The notes beneath the pieces were generated by a model. That model was not told where the DNA came from. It searched no databases and saw only the letters and a list, made by a program, of their open reading frames with translations. Both the position numbers and the translations under genes were made by a program. This document shows, piece by piece, positions 17,790 through 24,843 of a DNA stretch of 24,843 nt. The DNA is taken from NCBI GenBank assembly GCA_044236265.1, contig JBIIGV010000035.1, positions 1-24,843 of the forward strand, given 5' to 3'. The DNA is from Oligoflexales bacterium. GTDB lineage: Bacteria > Bdellovibrionota_B > Oligoflexia > Oligoflexales > RGVZ01. Each line of letters starts with the position of its first letter. Position 1 is the stretch's first letter.

Positions 17790-18698
17790 TCAAACGATGG
17801 ATTTACCGAGTGCTGATTGGATCAAATCAACCACCAAACCAGCCGTTTTGTGTTCAATGTCGCACATAGGATTTAGCTCGACGAATTCCATAGACAGTAA
17901 CTTACCCGTGTCTGCCATCATCTCAAGAATCAGATGAGCTTCACGGTAGCTAATACCTCCCGTGACGGGGGTTGACACTCCAGGTGCATACATCGGATCG
18001 ATCCCGTCAATGTCGAACGAAACATGATAGCCTACCGTTCCATCCGATACGACTGCCAGCGCCTCCTTCATGACTGCATGCATCCCGCGCTCATCAATTT
18101 CTCGCATCGTAAAATAGCGTATCCCGCTTTTACGACAGATATCCTTCTCTTCGCTGTCCAATGTCCGAATTCCAATCAACGCCACATTCTTTGGCAAGAT
18201 CTTTGGAGAAAACCCACCAAGACCAACTAAATCCGGATAGCCGTGACCAAGAACGACAGACAGCGGCATGCCGTGAATATTTCCGGTGTGCGTTGTCTGC
18301 GGCGTATTCATATCAGCATGAGCGTCCACCCAGAGAAGACCAAGCTGACCATTCTGTTCTTTTGCAAAGCGGCTAGCCCCAGTAATAGTTCCCATTCCTA
18401 TTGAATGATCACCACCTAGGACGATTGGCTTACGACCAGCCTTCATGGCCGTATAAACTTCGTCAGCAAGCTTTTCGCAAATCCGGATGATCGCATGTTT
18501 GTGTTTTGACGCTATATCACTGCTGGAAAGCATTTCTCGCAGAGGAACCTGTATGTCTCCCCTCTCTTCAACATTACAGCCAAGCATTTTCAATTTTTCA
18601 TGTAAACCAGCTATGCGAATCGCAGATGGCCCGATATTTGCTCCACGCATATTGGCACCTAAGTCTGAGGGCACACCTATAATAGATACAGATGTCAT
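17790..18698 (-). CDS. rocF: Arginase
   Basis: Motifs GPSAIR, LGGDHS, WVDAHADMNT...GNIHGMP, SFDIDGIDP..APGVSTPV.GG and VELNP. Confidence 0.93.
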   Translation of the reverse strand: MTSVSIIGVPSDLGANMRGANIGPSAIRIAGLHEKLKMLGCNVEERGDIQVPLREMLSSSDIASKHKHAIIRICEKLADEVYTAMKAGRKPIVLGGDHSIGMGTITGASRFAKEQNGQLGLLWVDAHADMNTPQTTHTGNIHGMPLSVVLGHGYPDLVGLGGFSPKILPKNVALIGIRTLDSEEKDICRKSGIRYFTMREIDERGMHAVMKEALAVVSDGTVGYHVSFDIDGIDPMYAPGVSTPVTGGISYREAHLILEMMADTGKLLSMEFVELNPMCDIEHKTAGLVVDLIQSALGKSIV

Positions 18699-18713
18699 AG
18701 ATGATCTCCTTGA

Positions 18714-19733
18714 TTAATGGGACGTCAATGAGGCTGATTGCCAAGCTTGATTCCAGCGATGAAAGCGCTCAGAAATCCAATCGCAATCAGAAGCGGGGCT
18801 AATTTCATGATACAAAGCGTAATATAAAAGTAGCGCGCGTAGATGACGATCTGAAAGCTTGTACTGAATAACCTTCCAGTATCCAGCCAAATCAACTGCC
18901 TTGCCATCAGCCGTCATTGGTCTAGTCTCAGGAAAATAAATCTGTGGCTCGACGCGCATGCGAGCCTGAGCTAAGGATGCAGCCTCAAATAATAGCGCCT
19001 TGACACCAGCTGGCAGCGACTGTTGATTCGTTTGCCATAAACCAAAAACAAAGGGCAAGTCTGTCAATTCAAACCAAATCTGACCCAGGTCAAGCACCTT
19101 CCAAAACTCGTGCCGACGCTGAAGGGCTTCATCTCCAATAACCAGCTCCAGGGGACGAATATCACCCGTCTGCATACCACCATCAGATGGATTTGTTGTC
19201 ATAGCTCTTATCATCAACTGATGCGCAGCATCCGCACCAAGCCAAAGATGCATTAACACTCGGGTCAACGCTGATGATGCCGCTGACGCGGTCGTCAACT
19301 TAAGGCCTGGCAACGTGAAAGCTGCTGGACGATCACTTTGCACTTGGCTCCAGATATATTTTGCTTGGCGACGAGCTTCGTTGGGATGAAGTAATTTTGC
19401 TTCATTTGCTTTCTCTCGCAGAAAAATCTGGCGAGATTTTACGAATTCAAAGAAATCATCGTGCTCACGCTGAAGACCCAAATAGACACTCAGAACTGGA
19501 CCTTCGCTGGCAATACCAAGCGGCAATGCCATGTCCAATTGACGAGACTTCAGAAGCGCAATACTTGAAGCAGGCGCTAACTGCACTGAACCCTCTGCCA
19601 GAAGGCGATTCACGAAACTGGGGTGCCCTGACATCACTTTCAACTGACTTCCGGCAATCCGCTGCAACTCGCGATGCATTGGAAGCAGGTTCCAATACGG
19701 TATCCATCCAAGCTGAATTTGACTCTGCGGCAT
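18714..19733 (-). CDS. mqnA: Chorismate dehydratase MqnA-family protein (futalosine menaquinone pathway) with an internal insertion
   Basis: Motifs LGWIPYWNLLP, PSFVNRLL..G, GIASEGPVLSV, SAAS, LVIGDEAL and DLGQIWFELTDLPFVFGLW. Start moved to ATG 19733, 5 nt after the hemL stop. Confidence 0.85.
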   Translation of the reverse strand: MPQSQIQLGWIPYWNLLPMHRELQRIAGSQLKVMSGHPSFVNRLLAEGSVQLAPASSIALLKSRQLDMALPLGIASEGPVLSVYLGLQREHDDFFEFVKSRQIFLREKANEAKLLHPNEARRQAKYIWSQVQSDRPAAFTLPGLKLTTASAASSALTRVLMHLWLGADAAHQLMIRAMTTNPSDGGMQTGDIRPLELVIGDEALQRRHEFWKVLDLGQIWFELTDLPFVFGLWQTNQQSLPAGVKALLFEAASLAQARMRVEPQIYFPETRPMTADGKAVDLAGYWKVIQYKLSDRHLRALLLYYALYHEISPASDCDWISERFHRWNQAWQSASLTSH

Positions 19734-19738
19734 AACGA

Positions 19739-21031
19739 TCAGCGGCAACCTTTCATCACCTTGTCAGCAATTTCCAGCGTGAGAGACATATCTTTTTCAG
19801 AGTGAGCGCCAGAAACAAACCCAGCCTCAAATGCAGATGGCGCCATATAAACACCATGCTCCAGCATACCCCAAAAAAACTTTTTAAATCTTGCTACATC
19901 AGACATCTTTGCATCTGCGAAGTTTCGTACGGGCCGACTGTTGAAAAAGAATCCGAACATGCCGCCCTCACTATCCGCCACAAACGGGATGTCATACGCC
20001 TTTGCAGAACGCTTTAAACCTTCCACCAAATCCGATGTACGACGACTCAACTGATCAAAAAATCCGGGACGGGAGATCAACTCCAAAGTCTTGAGACCAC
20101 AAGACACTGCAACAGGATTGCCCGACAGCGTTCCCGCCTGATAGACAGGCCCACTCGGTGCCACCTTAGCCATAATGTCGCGACGACCGCCATAAGCGGC
20201 CAATGGCATCCCACCACCGATAACTTTTCCAAGACATGTTAAATCAGGAGTGATGCCATAAAGTCCCTGAACACCATGAATTCCGACCCTAAATCCGGTC
20301 ATCACTTCATCAAAAATCAGTAGCGCACCAAAACGCGAACACAGTGCTCGAAGGCCTTCCAAAAATCCTGGATCAGGCCGAATAAAACCGCTGTTTCCAA
20401 CCATGGGCTCCAAAATCAGTGCTGCAATATCTTCGGGGTGTTTTTCAAATAAAGCCGCCACAGCTCCCAAATCATTAAAAGGAACGGTTAGCGTGTCAGC
20501 AGCGGTACCAGAGGGGACGCCAGGACTATCTGGCACGCCAAGCGTCGCCGCCCCACTTCCCGCCTTCACGAGCAGCATGTCTCCATGGCCGTGATAGCAG
20601 CCCTCGAATTTGATGATCTTACTACGATTGGTGAAAGCACGAGCAACCCGTAAGACCGACATGCAGGCTTCGGTTCCCGATGAAACAAAGCGAATCATCT
20701 CGATACTCGGCAACAACTTGATTACTGCATGGGCAAGAGTTGTTTCAAGCTCAGTGGGCGCGCCAAAGGAAATACCATTCGCCGCAACCCGACTCACCGT
20801 TGCCAGAACGTCAGGATGAGCATGCCCCACAATCGCAGGCCCCCAACTTCCAACATAATCAATGTATTCATTTCCATCAGCGTCCCAAAGGCGGCTTCCG
20901 AGAGCGCGCTGAATGAAAATCGGCTCACCATCGACTGATTTAAATGCGCGGACAGGCGAGTTGACTCCACCAGGGATTACTTTCATAGCATCCGCAAACA
21001 AAGACCGGGACTGTTGCCAGGAACGAGCCAT
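19739..21031 (-). CDS. hemL: Glutamate-1-semialdehyde 2,1-aminomutase
   Basis: Motifs [42 protein letters not shown] lysine in LGKVIGGG and [10 protein letters not shown]. Confidence 0.98.
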   Translation of the reverse strand: MARSWQQSRSLFADAMKVIPGGVNSPVRAFKSVDGEPIFIQRALGSRLWDADGNEYIDYVGSWGPAIVGHAHPDVLATVSRVAANGISFGAPTELETTLAHAVIKLLPSIEMIRFVSSGTEACMSVLRVARAFTNRSKIIKFEGCYHGHGDMLLVKAGSGAATLGVPDSPGVPSGTAADTLTVPFNDLGAVAALFEKHPEDIAALILEPMVGNSGFIRPDPGFLEGLRALCSRFGALLIFDEVMTGFRVGIHGVQGLYGITPDLTCLGKVIGGGMPLAAYGGRRDIMAKVAPSGPVYQAGTLSGNPVAVSCGLKTLELISRPGFFDQLSRRTSDLVEGLKRSAKAYDIPFVADSEGGMFGFFFNSRPVRNFADAKMSDVARFKKFFWGMLEHGVYMAPSAFEAGFVSGAHSEKDMSLTLEIADKVMKGCR

Positions 21032-21071
21032 CGCTGAACTCCATATAGGTCACAAGCTAACAAAGCGCCTT

Positions 21072-21100
21072 ATTCTGCGCCTTTCCAGGACCTTTAGCAA
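21072..21100 (-). promoter_or_regulatory. Possible sigma70 promoter of the hemL operon
   Basis: Minus strand TTGCTA-N17-CAGAAT, about 40 nt upstream of the hemL ATG. Confidence 0.4.
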
Positions 21101-21183
21101 GATCAATCACCCACTGACAAGAGGACTCTAATCACCCGAAATAATTGATATTATAGATAGGGACTTTCATCCGCGGCACATAC

Positions 21184-21216
21184 AAAAAAGCCAAGCACCC
21201 GAGGGTGCTTGGCTTT
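21184..21216 (-). terminator. Rho-independent terminator downstream of the precursor-like lipoprotein
   Basis: Minus strand AAAGCCAAGCACC-CTCG-GGTGCTTGGCTTT-TTT: a perfect 13-bp stem ending in a T6 tract. Confidence 0.9.
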
Positions 21217-21272
21217 CATGATTTCAGTCTTTGAGCGTCTCTCCCCACTGGGGAGCTTTGGAAACCGTTCGC

Positions 21273-22043
21273 TTAGTTCAAACGACCGCCGGTATTTGCG
21301 TTCGTCGTTTGCGTGTACGGTGTCGATCCACTGGTCGTTCCACCTGGGTAATAGGTAACAGGGGTCGGACCGTAACCAGTTGTCGTTTTGCCAGGAACCG
21401 GCGACTGCGTTGGGACCGCAACCTGTCCAGGCATGTTCTGCTGAGCAACTGGAGCTTGCTGATAAACACTATAGTTATAACTCTTAGATGAATAGACACC
21501 GGATTGGTTATAACCAACATCACCACAGCGACAAAGAATGCGTGGTCTCAGAATTCCAAATAGTCCGCGGCCGTAGAATAATCCACCGCGTTGAGCGCGG
21601 ATATAACCGGTTGAAGACTTACTGGATTGAACAACTTGACCATTACAAGGATCAACGCATCCTGTTGTCTTTGTCACAACAGACGCTTGTACCGGAGCTT
21701 GAACGGGCGCACCCAAATCAACCTGCGCGGTTTTATTACCAACTAACGAAGCAGAAACTTGATCGTCAACAGAGAGAGATCGACCAGCTTCGAAAGCTCT
21801 AGCTGCATCTTCATGAGATGAAATTTCAACATCTGCATCGACAGTTCTGATTTCAACAACAGCCGACTCTTCATCAGCACTGTCGTTGGCAACCCGAGCA
21901 ATCATCAGCTTCGGCATGGAATCTCTTGTCAAAGATTCAGAGCCATTCGAGTTTTGACTTAAATCACGATGAGGTGCTTGTGAGCCACAGGCCGCCAGCA
22001 CCAAAGAGGAAACTAAAATACCAATAGAAAAACACACCCTCAT
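21273..22043 (-). CDS. Hypothetical lipoprotein with an acidic N-domain, a cationic Cys-containing core and a Q/P/T/G/Y-rich tail
   Basis: Start moved to ATG 22043 (GGAGG 6 nt upstream); lipobox LAA-C; has its own sigma54 promoter and terminator. Confidence 0.82.
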   Translation of the reverse strand: MRVCFSIGILVSSLVLAACGSQAPHRDLSQNSNGSESLTRDSMPKLMIARVANDSADEESAVVEIRTVDADVEISSHEDAARAFEAGRSLSVDDQVSASLVGNKTAQVDLGAPVQAPVQASVVTKTTGCVDPCNGQVVQSSKSSTGYIRAQRGGLFYGRGLFGILRPRILCRCGDVGYNQSGVYSSKSYNYSVYQQAPVAQQNMPGQVAVPTQSPVPGKTTTGYGPTPVTYYPGGTTSGSTPYTQTTNANTGGRLN

Positions 22044-22130
22044 AAACAACCTCCACAACAGATCAACAACATAGGTTCAGCAACAGCTCAAAGACAAAGA
22101 CGGTGGGTATTGACCGTCAATCGACCCATG

Positions 22131-22146
22131 AGCAACCCACGTGCCA
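22131..22146 (-). promoter_or_regulatory. Sigma54 -24/-12 promoter for the precursor-like lipoprotein
   Basis: Minus strand TGGCACG-TGGG-TTGCT, a perfect match to TGGCACG-N4-TTGCW. Confidence 0.85.
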
Positions 22147-22349
22147 CGGTAAGTACCTCTTGAGAAATCAGGACCTTAGGCCACAAAATTCGGTAAAAAT
22201 CGTCACGAATCCATACAAACTGACCAAAGACCTGACACTTTGACCCTCCGCAATCGCAGAAGACTTCTGAGCCCACCATCAGCTGAAATCCATTGGGATC
22301 TGCTTTGATTAGTTGATATCATTCCAGAAAATCTCACACTTTCGAGGTC

Positions 22350-23627
22350 ATGATGCGCACCATCTTTTTAGCGATCTGTTCATGCTTGCTTTTAGCATCT
22401 TTTAACCACCAGGCGGTTGATGCGGTGGCAATCATTGATATCGAAACTATGGACCTTGAGACCCTCGAGAAAACCAAAAAAAATCCAGCTTTCAGCTGGT
22501 GGTCCGAACTGGGCGACAGCCTCGTTGTCGGAGGTGTTCATAAGAAACTTCTAGAATCTGGTTTGGACTTCCAAAACATGTGGTCTCAGTTACTGGCTGA
22601 GGATCTTGTACTCGTTGTAGCAGGCCATCGGCACGAATTGCCTGCTGGTATGAAATTAATCGCACAGAGTGGACGTATAATGCTGGCCACCCAGGGGCAG
22701 GGGCTTCAGTCAAATGACCACATGAAGGTCATGAAATTTGAAAAAAATAAAACCTATGTACAATCGTCGACGCATTCAAGGAAACAACACTCGTTAGATA
22801 CTGAGCAGAGCTCCATTGTAAAAGCGATAATGGATGAAGTCGATGTAGTCCGCTGGTATGGGGACGTGGCAACACTTACCAACTGGAACCGTCACATCTC
22901 TTCGGTTGACATTGTTTCAGCGCGGGATTGGTTCAAGTCCCAATTCGAATCCCTAAACCCGGCATCAGTCACGCTACAAAAATTTTCAGTCAGCGGACGA
23001 GACGCCTGGAATGTGGTTGCGACTTTCAATCCAACAGAAGCAGGAGACATCTATGTAGTCGGAGGGCACTACGACTCCATCAGCGAACAAACATCACGCG
23101 CTGCCCCGGGTGCGGAAGACAATGCCTCAGGATCTGCGGGAGTTCTGGAAATGGCTAGAGTGTTTGCTTCAAGAAAAACGTCTGCCACGTTTATTTTTAT
23201 CGTGTTTAGCGGCGAAGAGCAGGGATTATGGGGATCGAAGGCCTACGTCAGAAGTTTACCCACTAACGTTAAAAGTCGTATAAAGGCCGTCATAAACATG
23301 GATATGATCGGCTACTCAACGGATGATTCAGAAGATGTGTTGCTTGAGACATCCAGGGACTTCAAACACCTGACAGATCAATTTGCAACAGCGGCAAGTT
23401 TGGTTCCAGGCCTTCGCTACTTTACAACATTTAACCCATTTGGAAGCGATCACATGCCGTTTATAGATAACGGCATTCCAGCAATTTTGACCATTGACAA
23501 CGATTGGGGAAGCTATCCTTCGTACCATCGAACGACCGACACTATCGACAAAATATCGCGGGAAATGGGTGCTGCTATACTAAAGATGAATGTAGCCGCC
23601 CTTGCCGTCATGGCCGGAGCGGAGTAA
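22350..23627 (+). CDS. Secreted M28-family metallo-aminopeptidase with an N-terminal pro-domain
   Basis: Signal peptide; Zn/catalytic motifs GGHYDS, GAEDNASG, SGEEQGLWGS, NMDMIG, SDH and YHRTTDT. Confidence 0.93.
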   Translation: MMRTIFLAICSCLLLASFNHQAVDAVAIIDIETMDLETLEKTKKNPAFSWWSELGDSLVVGGVHKKLLESGLDFQNMWSQLLAEDLVLVVAGHRHELPAGMKLIAQSGRIMLATQGQGLQSNDHMKVMKFEKNKTYVQSSTHSRKQHSLDTEQSSIVKAIMDEVDVVRWYGDVATLTNWNRHISSVDIVSARDWFKSQFESLNPASVTLQKFSVSGRDAWNVVATFNPTEAGDIYVVGGHYDSISEQTSRAAPGAEDNASGSAGVLEMARVFASRKTSATFIFIVFSGEEQGLWGSKAYVRSLPTNVKSRIKAVINMDMIGYSTDDSEDVLLETSRDFKHLTDQFATAASLVPGLRYFTTFNPFGSDHMPFIDNGIPAILTIDNDWGSYPSYHRTTDTIDKISREMGAAILKMNVAALAVMAGAE

Positions 23628-23654
23628 CACCGTCTTACCTCGTTTCCTAGCCTC

Positions 23655-23683
23655 CTTGACAACCTGAAAATTGAATCCATATT
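23655..23683 (+). promoter_or_regulatory. Heat-shock (sigma32-like)/sigma70 promoter of clpB
   Basis: CTTGAC-N14-ATCCATAT resembles the RpoH consensus CTTGAA-N13/14-CCCCATNT; it also reads as TTGACA-N16-CATATT. Confidence 0.6.
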
Positions 23684-23718
23684 GATACCCAGAGATTCGT
23701 TCTCAAGGAGGTCAACAT

Positions 23719-24843
23719 ATGGATCTTAATAAATTTACTCAAAAATCACAGGAAGCTCTGGCCGATGCCCAAAAGAAAGCTGTGACCTTCGGACACAATG
23801 ATGTCGACGTCGAACACATGGCTTTGTCTCTCATTGAGCAAAAAGACGGTCTAATTAGCAGGCTTCTTGGCAAAATGGACATTGATGTGGGGGGGATGGA
23901 TGCCCAAATTCAATCGGAACTCACCAAGAAACCTAAAATTGCCGGTCCTGGTTACGATCCATCCCGAATTTTCCTTAGTCAAAGACTGTCGCGGATTCTT
24001 ATCGACGCCGAAAAAGAGGCTGAAAGACTAAAGGACGAATACGTATCCGTCGAACACATCTTTATTGAGCTGATAAAAAACGCACCGAATACGTCACTAG
24101 CCAAAGTATTTGCCTCCGCAGGACTAAATCGGCAAAACTTTTTACAAGCCCTTAACAGCGTGCGAGGCAACCAGCGAGTTACCAGCGCAACACCCGAAGG
24201 GAGCTATGAGGCGCTTGAACGCTATGGTCGTGACTTAGTGAAAGCCGCACGGGACGGGAAGCTAGATCCTGTCATTGGACGAGACGAAGAAATACGCCGC
24301 GTCATCCGGATTCTGTCACGAAAGACAAAAAACAACCCGGTTCTCATTGGTGAACCAGGTGTCGGAAAGACTGCTATCGCTGAGGGTCTTGCACACCGCA
24401 TTGTAAGAGGAGACGTACCCGAAGGCCTGCGTGAACGGAGCATATTTTCGCTCGATATGGGAAGCCTTATCGCAGGTGCAAAATATCGTGGTGAATTTGA
24501 GGAAAGACTTAAGGCAGTCTTGAACGAGGTCAAAAACAGCGCGGGACGCATCATTCTTTTCATTGATGAACTACACACAATCGTTGGAGCTGGAAAAGCC
24601 GACGGCGCTATGGATGCAGGTAACATGCTAAAGCCCATGCTCGCTCGTGGGGAGCTTAATTGCATCGGCGCAACAACGCTTGACGAGTATCGACAGCACA
24701 TAGAGAAGGATCCAGCGTTGGAGCGCAGATTTCAGCCCGTATATGTCGAAGAACCATCCGTTGAGGATACCATTTCAATTTTGCGTGGACTCAAAGAACG
24801 CTTCGAGATTCATCATGGAGTGAAAATTCACGATCACGCCTTG
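23719..24843 (+). CDS. clpB: ATP-dependent chaperone ClpB, N-terminal 375 aa (runs off the right edge)
   Basis: Not in the ORF track. [24 protein letters not shown]...; [14 protein letters not shown]; Walker A GEPGVGKT; Walker [18 protein letters not shown]. Confidence 0.95.
   Translation, partial: MDLNKFTQKSQEALADAQKKAVTFGHNDVDVEHMALSLIEQKDGLISRLLGKMDIDVGGMDAQIQSELTKKPKIAGPGYDPSRIFLSQRLSRILIDAEKEAERLKDEYVSVEHIFIELIKNAPNTSLAKVFASAGLNRQNFLQALNSVRGNQRVTSATPEGSYEALERYGRDLVKAARDGKLDPVIGRDEEIRRVIRILSRKTKNNPVLIGEPGVGKTAIAEGLAHRIVRGDVPEGLRERSIFSLDMGSLIAGAKYRGEFEERLKAVLNEVKNSAGRIILFIDELHTIVGAGKADGAMDAGNMLKPMLARGELNCIGATTLDEYRQHIEKDPALERRFQPVYVEEPSVEDTISILRGLKERFEIHHGVKIHDHAL

Noticed and set aside
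17790..21031. Aminotransferase + MqnA-like + ureohydrolase as a secondary-metabolite cluster
   Set aside because: HemL and arginase look like canonical housekeeping enzymes, and there is no scaffold synthase, tailoring set or exporter.
22293..22309. Sigma54-like TTGGGATCTGCTTTGAT upstream of the M28 peptidase
   Set aside because: The -12 element reads GA rather than GC and the -24 box is a poor match; too weak to call.
24222..24701. 159-aa minus-strand ORF (and 23979-24170)
   Set aside because: Antisense shadow of clpB, which the ORF track missed because it runs off the window.

Overview
Bacterial chromosomal window with no mobile element, CRISPR array, rRNA or tRNA visible. The gene mix (futalosine-pathway mqnA, 7TM-DISM kinase, many orphan lipoproteins, several sigma54 promoters) suggests Bdellovibrionota/Oligoflexia; this is inference only. 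From left to right: the 5' end of pntA; a minus-strand cobalamin/siderophore-type uptake unit (beta-propeller-like lipoprotein, TonB-dependent receptor, DUF1853) preceded by a structured intergenic region and a His-heptad helical protein; a divergent, probably leaderless BtuF-like binding protein; a lipoprotein-anchored caspase-family protease; hbd-crt; a Lys/Ala-rich phasin/H1-like protein; mutY; an orphan 7TM-DISM histidine kinase; a secreted orphan; a long minus-strand run (hemL, mqnA with an insertion, rocF, tgt, Cys-rich papain-like lipoprotein, Tad/T2SSF-like membrane protein, trpS); a precursor-like lipoprotein; an M28 aminopeptidase; and the 5' part of clpB. The most notable signal is three well-formed sigma54 (-24/-12) promoters, each in front of an uncharacterised gene (His-heptad protein, caspase lipoprotein, precursor-like lipoprotein). 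Also notable is a multi-helix RNA structure sitting where a cobalamin riboswitch would be expected. All family calls come from motif recognition by eye; no searches were run.
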